Source of the DNA: Octopus vulgaris
Lineage: Eukaryota
Assembly (NCBI GenBank): GCA_951406725.2
Contig: OX597822.1
Span: forward strand, 76,880,001-76,944,000
Length of the DNA: 64,000 nucleotides
Reading direction: 5' to 3'
Of this stretch, positions 1-11,726 are shown in pieces (the stretch's first letter is position 1; every line of letters starts with the position of its first letter). The notes under the pieces were generated by a model. It saw only the letters and a list, made by a program, of their open reading frames with translations. It made no database searches and was not told where the DNA came from. The position numbers and the translations under genes are program-made.

Positions 1-39
1 AAAATATTCATTGAAAATGATGACATAACTGTAGGCATT

Positions 40-468
40 TGTATGCATGTATGTATGTATGTATGAATGTATGTGTGTGTATGTATGTATGTATGTGTTT
101 GTGTATGATGTATGTATGGATGTGTGTTTATATATGTATGTGTGTATGCATGTGTGTGTGTATGTATGTATGTGCATGGGTGTATACAGATGCTTGTGCG
201 TATATACATGCATGGTATGCATGTATGCTCATATATAAATGTGTGTGCACTCTATACATGTGCATGTATATATGTATATATATGTGTGTGTGTGTATGTA
301 TATATATAGATATACTTACATATATTGCGTACATATATATGCGTGTGTGGGTGTATACAGGTATGTGTGCATATATATATCCATATATATTGTATGCATA
401 TATATATATATGTGGGGGTATATATGTTTGTTTATGCATGGATGTGTGTATATATATTTGTATGTATG

Positions 469-505
<37 letters not shown>

Positions 506-680
506 TGAATGAATATATCTACATGTGTATTTATATGGAAGCATGTATAAATCTCTACATTCATTATAAATAGATATAGATATGTATATATGTGTGTGTA
601 TTATATGTGCACATATAAATGCATTCATACATGTGTATATACATGTGGCGTGTGTGTACAAGTATGTATAAGTATACTGT
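40..680. repeat. Compound (TA/TG/TATG)n simple repeat
   Basis: Direct observation; source of the spurious MYVC-type ORFs. Confidence 0.9.
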
Positions 681-1110
681 TCCCAAGTCATTATATTTTT
701 CTAATTATTTATTTTTGCTCTGCACATCTTGACGTGCCAAATTCTTCCCAACTGTCATATTCCTTCTGATAATCCTGATTATTTCGATAGAAAAATATCT
801 TGTCTATTCGTATATATTCTTCATTGCACGGCCATCAAAATCACGTCACGCCCACACTGCCAACCACAAGGAAATGGCTATCTTTTATATTTTATTGATT
901 ACTTGTTTTGGTCATAAGACTGCGACCAGCTGGGGTACTACCTTGAAGAATTTAAGAGTGGCTGTGTGGTAAGTAGCTTGCTTACCAACCATATGGTTCT
1001 GGGTTCAGTCCCACTGCATGGCACCTTGGGCAAGTGTCTTCTACTATAACCTTGGGCCAACCAAAGCCTTGTGAGTGGATTTGGTAGATAGAAACTGAAA
1101 GAAGCCCATC

Positions 1111-1151
<41 letters not shown>

Positions 1152-1954
1152 TACACATATATAATGGGCTTCTTTCAGTTTCCATTACCAACTCCCCTCA
1201 CAAGGCTTTGGTCAGCCTGAGGCTATAGTAGAAGATACTTGTTAAAGGTGCCATGCAGTGGAACTGAACCCAGAACCATCTGGTTGAGAAGCAAGCTTCT
1301 TACCACACAAGCATAGAAGTATACTTCACATGTATGATATTCCAGGTTTGATATTTGACATTTAGAAACTTGTGAACTGATGTCTTTTAACATAGCTTTT
1401 ATGACAATACAAATCTAACGAACGAAATTGATTAAATGCAGACTGCATAAACCCTGTAATTAAAAAGGTCACCTGTGTCACACGTTGTGACACTGATTCA
1501 TGATTGTTCTTCAGAATTAGGTTCAGGTGCCATTAATCCAAGGAATAGTCAGCTACTTGTATTATTATTTCAGTGACTTGGCAGTAAACTTGGCTGAAAC
1601 ACTGAAATGCTTCACTTCAAATCCAATAGACTCAAACACACACACACACTTGCATATACGCACACACCACACACACATGCTCATGCACACACACACACAA
1701 ATGTATCGTCATATTACTCGTACACTGTGGACCAGACCTTCCTGATGCTTTGCTAAGATTTTTGTGCATCTCATTGTACTGCTTGCTGCTCATGGTAGAA
1801 CCACATTCCACAGAATTAAAGAAAACAGTTCTCATGACTTTCTGTACCAGCCACTGGCTCTTGAAATTCTTTGGTCTCTGAGAAGAGGCATGACACTATT
1901 TGGTGAACTAATCTTTCGTTTCTAAATCATAAACTTCTACCCACATTTCATCCA

Positions 1955-2116
1955 GGAGTGGCTGTGTGGTAAGTAGCTTGCTTACCAACCACACGGTTCC
2001 GAGTTCAGGCCCACTGCCTGGCACCTTGGGCAAGTGTCTTCTAATATAGCCTCGGCCGACCAAAGCCTTGTGAGTGGATTTGGTAGATGGAAACTGAAAG
2101 AAGCCCGTCATATATT

Positions 2117-2163
<47 letters not shown>

Positions 2164-2367
2164 TTGTGTGTCTGTGTTTGTCCCCCTCACATCGCTTGAC
2201 AACCGATGCTGGTGTGTTTACATCCCCGTAACTTAGTGGTTCAGCAAAATTAACCAATAGAATAAGTACTAGGCTTACAAAGAATAAGTCCTGGGGTCGA
2301 TTTGCTTGACTAAAGGTCGTGCTCCAGCATGACCACAGTTGAATGACTGAAACAAGTAAAAGAGTAA
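1955..2367 (+). mobile_element. tRNA-derived SINE family A, full length with an internal (TA/TG)n tract
   Basis: Head GGAGTGGCTGTGTGGTAAG...GGTTCAG(T/G)CCC (A/B-box-like); tail ...ATGACTGAAACAAGTAAAAG. More than 15 copies, e.g. ~955-1112+, 1162-1310-, 9300-9705-, 20590-20750-, 22340-22490+, 22600-22965-, 28000-28355-, 29020-29440-, 36115-36420+, 37105-37500+, 40760-41100-, 46815-47230-, 51895-52060+. Confidence 0.85.
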
Positions 2368-2807
2368 ATCAGAAAAAGAAAAAAACATTTCTTCATTGGC
2401 TTCAAACACCTCCAGCAGATCAGAGCAGACTTTCACCATTTTCCCCTTCAAATCTGCTGTCAGTTATCAAGGTCCCAACTTTGCACACGCTTTCTAACAT
2501 CCAGAATCTTCCACTGCCTTCTGTAAAGCATTGTGGTCAAATTCTAGTGGCTCTGCAGGGAGTATACAATAGCTTTGGCATGGTAAAGTAGTTCCTTAAC
2601 AGGAACGGTGCTGGGTAGACATCAATCACCTTAAGTCTGTCCATTGGCCTCTCAAGTTGGAGGCGTGTGCAGCAATTTCTTCAGACTGCGTCCGCACATC
2701 TTTCCTTATGAATCATTTCATCTCCTCACTTGTGTTCGCGTCACTGCTGCCAGTTGATTGTCTCCCTTTTTATCGTTTGGCTTCAATGCTCATTTCCCCT
2801 TCTTTAA

Positions 2808-3052
2808 CCCATTCATGCCAATTGTCTGTTTAAACTGACACTTAATTTATAAGGGTATAAAACAAATACTTGATACAAATTGTGATTTGTGTATGATCTG
2901 TATCAAAGAATGAAACATGTTCTTAACACGTATGCAGTTTGTATCAAACGGATTTCAATGAAATTTCTTTCAGTTGTTATTTAGGTCAAAATAATTGTAT
3001 CTGTGAATTTTCAGACAATTTCATTTGCTAGAAAAATTTCGGTACGAATGGG
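2808..3052. mobile_element. piggyBac-type MITE
   Basis: TTAA|CCCATTCATGCC ... GGTACGAATGGG|TTAA. Confidence 0.7.
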
Positions 3053-3779
3053 TTAAGCTTCTTCGTCCATCTATTCACATTGCTCTTGTCAAGGGTGCTA
3101 TCTCCTTAAACAGCTTGTATCCTTCTGAGGATGCTAGGCAGGGTGCACCTCTCCTTTGTCAAGAATGCAATGACAGTATATAGTTTCAGTTTGTCACCCA
3201 TTATACGTATATGTTACCTGCAATGAAGAGAAAGCTAAAATGGTATTGCAGAGCAGGAGTTACTCAATCAACAAGTTCTATATGGACAACCTTTGTCAAG
3301 AACTCAATGACAGCACATAGTTCCTGCTTATTACCATTATTTGCCTGAAAATAGTTACTATAGAGCAGAAGTTATTTTGACAATCTGTGCAATTTGAACA
3401 CGCTTTGTCAGTGAACAAATGTCATACCCACACTTGCATTACGTTTGGTACAACCACCCTTATTATATATAATGTGTGTGTGTGTATGTAGGTGGTCGGA
3501 GGGGGGGGGGAGGGCAGTGGAATGCTTCTGTATATTTTTCAGATGGTTTATAGAATCGGTAAAATCTGTTATGTCCAAGTAGAAATATAAAAAATGAAGT
3601 TTTTATGTTCACAGAAGAGAATAAAAGAGCTAATGGATTTTGCTGTGTGACTCTTATTTTCTTTCATAACATATTTTCAATGTCATTTTGATGCGTTATT
3701 GGTCTTGTATTTGAGAGAGAGAGAGATAGACAGACAAAGCAATACATACATACAGACAGACAGACAAACATATACACAC

Positions 3780-3826
<47 letters not shown>

Positions 3827-4515
3827 AATGTATTTATATGTTAGTGTTTGAGTGTCTGTACACATAGATACATAGTAGACACATGCACAAGCACACACAC
3901 ATACACACTTGATTCCTTCTCAAACAACTGGAGATATCAAAGGTCATTCATGTCAAAACATTAAGAATTGGAAAATATGTGGATAACGTAATCAGAATTT
4001 CTATTTATTTTAGCAGTTCTTCTCCTCCTCCTCCTCCTCCTCATCATCATCATCATCATCATTCTTCTTCATCATCATCTCTTCCCCCTCCCCTTATGTC
4101 TTTCTTCGTCATTATCATCATCATCATCATCATCTTTTTCTTCTCCTCTACCTCCTCCTTCTTCAGATTTTTTCGCATTTAATTACTAAAAGATTTATAA
4201 ATGTCTACAGTCCAATAAACTATATATGTATATATTTATCTGTAATTCCACATAAGAAACTGAATATATTTTCATACACACACATGGTGAAAGAAAGGGC
4301 ATCTAGCCATAGAAAATCTGACTTAATGAATTCTGATTTATGGAAGCATAAACAAGTGGATGCTGAAACAATAATGATGATATAGACATACATACATACA
4401 GTATATATATATAAATATTTTTAGATATAAGTGATGTACTCAAGTGTAGTTATGTTTTTAGCTTGTGCTTTTTCCATGATCATACGTGAGTATTTTATTT
4501 ATATCCCATCGAAAG

Positions 4516-4576
4516 CTCTACTGAAGAAAGAATATATCTTTTATAAGATTAATTCCGAAATTGATTCAATATAGAG
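4516..4576 (+). ncRNA. Type I hammerhead ribozyme motif (intact core)
   Basis: Stem I CTCTA (4516-20)/TAGAG (4572-76); core CTGAAGA 4521-27; stem II GAAT..ATCTT-TTAT-AAGAT..ATTC; GAAA 4557-60; stem III ATTG-ATT-CAAT; cleavage triplet ATA 4569-71. Confidence 0.72.
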
Positions 4577-4795
4577 ATAACGAAATTTAGATTTTCTAAA
4601 GGTTAGTTGCCCGTTTTCAGTTTCAATTCTCCTGTAGCAAGCGGATTATAAGTGGATAAATCAGTGTATTGGCTTTAGAATAACCCTCTTTAGCCCTTAA
4701 TTATATGATATATATAAATATATATATATATATATACGCACACACACACACACACACAGAGACACACACACACATACATACAGAGTGAGTTAAAA

Positions 4796-5007
4796 ATAGA
4801 TATGGCCAGACTATGGGGTTACCCTGGGTTTCACATCCATAAAGTGCTTAGCTTTGCAGCATTTCTCCAGACCCTAAATCTGTTGGCCTATGGCCTCTTG
4901 CGAGAGAGGCCATAGGCCAAAAAGTTTAGGGTCTGGAGAAATGCTGTAACGCTAAGTGCTTTACAGACATGAAACCCAGGGTAACCCAATAAATGGGCCA
5001 TATCTAT
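4796..5007. mobile_element. ~210-bp fold-back (palindromic) element, probable MITE
   Basis: ATAGATATGGCC..GGGTTACCCTGGGTTTC..CAGCATTTCTCCAGACCCTAAA..TTGGCCTATGGCCTCT | AGAGGCCATAGGCCAA..TTTAGGGTCTGGAGAAATGCTG..GAAACCCAGGGTAACCC..GGCCATATCTAT. Confidence 0.75.
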
Positions 5008-5591
5008 CTTTATCTGTATACTCAACTGCTCTATAACTTAGAATGTGCTTCTTTTTCAGATTTATGATTTACTGACAATATACGAGTATATCTACATATA
5101 CATACATACATCAATGGAACTGTAAATGTCTATAAAACTTTCCAGAAGTTTATCATTTAAATATATATGTGCATATCTAGGTAATCAATTATATGCATGA
5201 GACTACATGAATAAAACATACAGATCTGCACATACATACATACAAACAAAATACCAGTTGTTGATGTTGAAATTCCAATGAAGGAACCTTGGATCTAGGT
5301 TAAAAAACGGCTCTATCTCTATTGGCAAGAAATCTCAAAATAAAGTGAATACTCATAAGGTATTGGAATCTTACATTGTGTATAAACTCTATACTTGGAA
5401 TGAACGATTTTAAATACTGTTGGATTTTTCTCATAAGGTATTGGAATCTTACATATATACCATTCTGCCTAAAAAATGGATCTACAAATTCAATATCCCT
5501 ACATATCTCACATCTATTTTCTTTCCTCCACCTCACTCTCTATTTTGTATCCTATCTAAATTAACTATTTCTTAACCATCCTCTCACACCA

Positions 5592-5637
5592 TCTCCGATG
5601 AAAGGATATAATAAATATCCTGGAAACAAGTGTAAGA
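5592..5637 (+). ncRNA. Minimal hammerhead-like motif (CCGATGA core variant), Penelope-type
   Basis: TCT-CCGATGA-A-AGGATAT(AATAA)ATATCCT-G-GAAA-C-AAGT-GTA-AGA. A second copy with the same flanks is at 44210-44255. Confidence 0.55.
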
Positions 5638-5866
5638 CCTTCTATCTATAAATGTTCTAATATCTAAACAGCCTTGGTTTTTTATCTCACTACGCAAAAA
5701 ATTCTTAATGATATACATACATAAACATACATACATACATACATACATACATACACACACACACACCAGAGTAAGCACATAAATGCGAAACAAGGTGGAA
5801 AAAATAGTACTCAAATACCAAAGGTAGAGTAATATGCATTATTAAAATGCAGCATAAAGTTCACAT

Positions 5867-5910
5867 AAACTGTTACTCAGTGTTTCACGTTCCCGTTCAT
5901 CAGACAGTTT
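5867..5910 (-). ncRNA. Minimal type I hammerhead ribozyme, left arm of the palindromic pair
   Basis: Reverse complement reads AAACTGT-CTGATGA-ACG(GGAA)CGT-GAAA-C-ACTGA-GTA-ACAGTTT. Perfect stem I and stem II; one substitution in stem III. Confidence 0.72.
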
Positions 5911-5920
5911 TGTTTTGACA

Positions 5921-5964
5921 AAACTGTCTGATGAATGGAAATGTGAAACTCTGAGTAACAGTTT
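5921..5964 (+). ncRNA. Minimal type I hammerhead ribozyme, right arm of a palindromic pair
   Basis: AAACTGT-CTGATGA-ATG(GAAA)TGT-GAAA-CTC-T-GAG-TA-ACAGTTT: 7-bp stem I, canonical core, GTA cleavage triplet. Stem II is weakened to wobble pairs. Confidence 0.72.
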
Positions 5965-5970
5965 TTGTGA

Positions 5971-6008
<38 letters not shown>

Positions 6009-7082
6009 ACAAATGAAAGACAGAAGATGGAATATATGAGAATATTTTATTAATCACAACAATTGTTTCGCCACATCTAGCATGGATTCTTCTTGTGGGA
6101 CACTCAACAACTGGTTCAGGAGTACTTGGTGGTGCAGATGTGTTTCGTCGAGTGATAAATAAATAAATAAAAAAAACTCGTTAAAATGACTGTTCCACGA
6201 TGCAACTTTCCATTATGTAGAGAGAAAAACAGCCAGATGGAGGAAAATTCTTCAATTATAATATAGAAGATCCAAAAATAAAATTGCTGAAGAGAAAAAG
6301 AGATGGATATGATATTAGTCTTTGTTTTATACAACGACTGTTTCAACCCACCCTGCTACTGTCCTTTATGAGTGGCACTCCGTGCATCATGTTACATTGC
6401 ATCCATTTCGCAGTTGGGTCACATCAAGTACAACCATACATAAAGTGGTGTCTCGCTAAACAGCTTCAGTTCGGGTGAATCTTTAGCGAGACACCACTTT
6501 ATGTAATTAATTATTATTACCTCAACTAACACTGTGAAATTTCTGAAGTAGATCCATGTTATGGTTGGCAAACAATCTTTACTACAAAGAACTGTTGCTG
6601 AATATCTCACTTTGGGAGATTTACAAATAGGAATTTTCTGCTGTGACTCAATTGTGATGTATGACCAGTTAACAAGTCATTAAGTAATGAATCACTGCTA
6701 CAAGTGAATCTTTGAATAACAGTAGCAATTCGTTCAACAGGCTTCCACAAGGTTTAGCCTGACCAGTTTCATTCATAAGGCTTTGGGTCACTCTGAGATT
6801 ATAGTAAAAGACACTTGCTCAAGATTCCACAGATTGAAATCAAGCCTCGTGCTTCGTAATTTCAAAGTGAAGTTGTCAAACATTTGGCAATACTGTGTTT
6901 ATGTATTGTATGAATGTGTTCATATATGCATGTGCAAACGCATGTACACACCTACACACATTTGTTTTTTGTTGATGTCTGTGCATGCATATGGCTTTCT
7001 ATCTACCTATGTATTTATCTACCTTTCTATCTTTTTGTGTGTATGGTGAGTGAGTGTGTGTGCATGTGTGTGTGCATGTGTG

Positions 7083-7116
<34 letters not shown>

Positions 7117-9508
7117 TGTATATGTATGTATGTATATATATATGTATGTAGGAATGTATTTATGCATGTATGTATATGTACATATCTATATGATTGTGTA
7201 TGTGTGTACATGTATACATGCTGATGTATATTTATTAGAAATATTTGTTTATGTCTTGTCTGTTAGTATGTCTGATTGAAGACAATTCCATTTACTTTGT
7301 TCCACTGTCTTCTTAGATGTACGTGTCTTTTTTGTATTTGTAAGTTTGTTTATGAACATCTGTATGCGTATTTCTATAAAAGTATTAGTCTCATAGACTC
7401 TGGTATCCAGCAGCTTTCCTACTACACCAGACTTCCTTTATCTCTAAGACTAAAGAGTGCACTCCTTCACTAAAGAAATAGAATTTTATATGAACCACTT
7501 TTCAGCCAAGTAGCTTGCCCTCTGAAGTTCATTTCCTTTTAATATCCTGTCAGATGGGCCAAAATATTTTGGAATTGGAATTGCTTTTAGTCATTGAGGA
7601 GTGTAGTTTAACACTATAACTCACAGATTTTGTAAATACTAAAAGGTTAGATTCCATTGTTGAGAAAAATTTAACCACGCAGAATTTATTTTAATCAAAT
7701 GTGTCTGTATATTTTAATGTTGTTTGTTGGCCAAATTCTAGTATGAGCAAGAGTAGCATTGTTGCTATTATCTTAGGGAGATAATTATTTTGGGAACTTA
7801 TTTTTCTCTTCATGAATTAATTAATATAATTCTAAAAACAGATGAGAATTATTGTATTTGAGTTTTTGCTGTTTTAAATGGTCACACACCACCAACAGTG
7901 TTAGAAAAACAATGCCAGAAAGACAGTTCAAATCCAGAAGATAAATTTCGAATTTTATCATTAATTTTTTATTATAAGAATGAAAGTTAATCTTCAGAAT
8001 TTGGAATTAAAATTGAATTTAAAGGATATGAATTGAAATAGCTATCATTTTAGTATAGCATTGTGAGACAAGTCTAAGATAAATCTCTTGAAAAACTAAC
8101 AAGCAAAAATATAAAATGGAAATTCTAGCAAAAAATTAGTTGAGTAGACAGTCATATTTCCATTTCAATGCTGTTGGGAAAAGCATTTACATCACTAATT
8201 CATAATTTCAAAGTTCGTGAATCAGAAGTTTTGATACATGAAAAAAAAATGATGAAAAATTCATTTAGCGTCTTCAGAATCATTTAATTTCCTGATGCCT
8301 TGAATACAAATAGCTGGGATTATTTTATAATCATGTTTATTTTTGTGTGTGTGTTTTTTTTATATTAATATTTGTTTGAGTTATTGTTTTTACAAATAAT
8401 AAATGTTCTTACTGTTAACCATTCCACTATGAAGTAAGAAGTAGAGCCTGATTCGTCAGCCAGGTATACTAATCTAAGCAGCGTTTACACTAGTCAGTGA
8501 CAAGAAGATCATTCATGCATAAAATTCATACTCAGAATACATGTCCTGTACAACACCAATGTTTGCTGGTTTTCTGTGTTGTTTTTCAAGTGATGAGTGA
8601 TGAGACTGAAATCTTCATCTCTATTAATGGGAATATTGATTGAGAAGACCTGGCAAGTAAAGTGAGATCACAGCCATAGCCTACACCAGTGTCACATAAC
8701 CAGCCCATTTAAAAATACCTTTGAATCGTCGGGTGACATTTTGTGCTTGAGGAGACCTATTGAGTCAAGTAAAATCAAAATCAAAATCGAATCACAATAA
8801 AATGAAATTGTAGTTGTGGCCGATGCCAGTGCTACCTAAATGGCTCCCATGCTAGTGGCATGTAATAAGCACCATTCATGCGTGGGTCGTTGCCAGTGCC
8901 CCTGACTGTCTCTCCATACCGGTGGCATGTATAAAGCACCATCTGAACGTGGCCAATGCCAGTGCTGCCTGACTGGCTCCTGTGCCAGTGGCATGTAAAA
9001 AGCACCCACTACACTCTCAGTGGTTGGTGTTAGGAAGAGCATCCAGCTGTAGAAACATTACCAGATCATATTGGAGCCTTGTACAACCTCCTGGCTCACC
9101 AGTCCTCAGTCAAATTGTCCAACCCATGCCAGTATGGAAAGCGGATGTTAAACGATGATGATTCAAATGTAGAATGATGAGAATGATTATGTGAGGTTTA
9201 ATCTCCTAAGCTTATCATCTATCATCAAGCATCTTAACCACAGTCACTATGCCTCTGCAGTATATGTTTATAGCTTACTTGTGTCCCTTATCTTTTAATT
9301 GTTTTAGTCATGAGACGATGGCCATACTGGGGCACCATCTTGGAGAACTTTTAGTTAAATGAATCAGCCCCAGAACTTTTATTTTAAGACTAGTACTTAT
9401 TCTATTGATCTCTTTTGCCAAACCTCTAAGTTACATGAATGTAAACACACCAACACTGGTTGTCAAGTGGCAGTGGAGAGCAAACACAGACAAAAAAATG
9501 CACACATA

Positions 9509-9548
<40 letters not shown>

Positions 9549-10844
9549 TAAGACAGGTTTCTTTCAGTTTCCATCTACCAAATACATTCACAAGGCTTTG
9601 GTCAGCCCAAGTCTATAGTAGAAGACACTTGCCCAAAGTACCATGCAGTGGGACTGAACCCAGAACCATGTGGTTGGGTAACAAACTTCTTACCACACAG
9701 TCACATCTTTTTTTTACATCTATTTATACGAGCTGAGCACAAACAGATCTGACTTTGATCTTATGGCTTTGCACCTTGAGCAAGTATCTTCTACCATAGT
9801 CTTGGATTGTTCAATGACTTGTAAATGGAAATTAGTTGATAGACACCCTGTCGTATTGAGAGGTAGTACTTTGATGACATTTTTGGGAAGCTGCTGCTGA
9901 GCTCATGTCTGATATCTTCCGCAGAAATGTGACAATTACATTTTCAGTTGTTTCTTCAGTGTCCAAGTGCTTCACTGTCTCTTTGGTTCCTTAAATATTT
10001 TGTTGCAATCACTCTTAGATTGCAAATACACAACCTTCCAAGTATGATGTAATGTATCTGTCACAAGTCCTAAACAGTCTGCACTTCAGGAAAAATAACC
10101 ATGTATAGTCTTTTTTTAATACATACATATATCTTTTTGTGATGAAAATATTGGTGAAAAATGTAAAAATTCACCAAGGAAACTTATATGTCAGTATTTT
10201 GAGGAACCAAATTCTTTTGTTTAGTATTTGTTCCACTCAAGTTGTGCATAAAATCTTTTGTTACTTTGATTATCAGAAATGCAATGAACCTGTGATTGAC
10301 CTGTTAAAAACCTGTAACAAATGAAGTTATTGTTCACAAAATGTAAAATAAAATATGGAATTATCAGATAGAGAGACTGTTTGGCAACATCTTCTTCTTA
10401 CTCAAAGATTCTGTTTCAATCATCTGCTAGAGATGTTTTAAAATATTCATTTAGTGTTATTAAGATGTGACATTGTGATCATAAATTCATGCATTCACCA
10501 CTTGTTATAACCATTTTTATGCATTGAATGGCACTGAAATAGGAAATAATTCTAGCCAGGAATGTTAAGAAGTTTTAAGCTAAATTACTGAAACTAAAAT
10601 AGTTTGACTTTGGTAAATTTTTGGTGGAATTTGGTAGACAAGTCCATTGCGTATGTGTATGCATAGATATATGTATTCTTATATACATATGTATATTTGT
10701 GGAGACATATTATATATGTGTGACTGTGTATATACATGTGTATATATATATATGCATATACATATCATTTTGTAAATAAAACGAAAGGCTTGATAAGTTA
10801 CGGAGAAAAGCGACTTTGAAAGTCTTTTTTATTTTTTAATTATA

Positions 10845-10883
<39 letters not shown>

Positions 10884-10891
10884 GTTGTTGT

Positions 10892-10937
<46 letters not shown>

Positions 10938-11232
10938 AAAAAACGGAGCACTCCGTCAGTTACGATGACGAGAGCCCCAGCTGATACGATCAACAGAACA
11001 GATTACTTGTGAAATTAATGTGCAAGTGGCTGAGCATTCCACAGATCCTTAGCATGACATGGTGTGAAACAAGGCTGGCTCTTTGAAATACAGATAAACT
11101 GAGTGGACTGGAGCAATGTGAGATAAAGTGTCTTGCTCAAGGACACAAGTCACCATGAAATGAACTCACAACCTTACGATCATGAACCGAATGGACTAAC
11201 CACTAAGCCATGCACCTTCATTTATACATATA

Positions 11233-11598
11233 TCTTTATATATAAAAGAAAGGTTGTGTGTCTGTCTACTCCGATTTAGATTCCTAACTACTCCCACATT
11301 TTGCGGTGCAGTTTAACCAAAACCGGGTATCTTATAGTCGTGATTCATATCGAGCCCTTCTGGGTATAAGCGCGCGTCTACGATTTTTAAAATAATTTAC
11401 CATCATTTTTTTCCATTTTAATGCAAGGGAAGTAACTCTCTAAAAATGTCTACGATGAATCAACGATTTAAAAAAAAATTTACCATAATTTTTTCCCATT
11501 TTTAATGCATTTTTGGCTATTTTTTGGCTATAACTCTCTAAAAATGCTTTATAGTTATTTCCCTTACAAACCCGAGCAACGCCGGGCGATACTGCTAG
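11233..11598 (+). mobile_element. Non-autonomous Helitron
   Basis: 5' A|TCTTTATATATAAAAG; subterminal GC hairpin CCCG-AGCAACGC-CGGG (11571-11586); 3' end CTAG|T; no TSD. Confidence 0.8.
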
Positions 11599-11659
11599 TA
11601 TATATATATAAACAATATTAATAATGTATATATATATATATATATCAAAACACACACAT

Positions 11660-11706
<47 letters not shown>

Positions 11707-11726
11707 TATATATATATATATATCAC

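Noticed and set aside
39-691. Many 60-200-aa ORFs rich in MYVC/YI/HT (also 20136-20655, 24439-24877, 53895-54529, 58412-59023, 61063-62088)
   Set aside because: They are translations of dinucleotide and tetranucleotide microsatellites, with no splice signals or domains.
5265-5320. CCAATGA-AGGAACCT..AGGTT-AAAAAACGG hammerhead-like remnant
   Set aside because: Both core boxes are altered and no stem I is evident; too degenerate to call from this copy.
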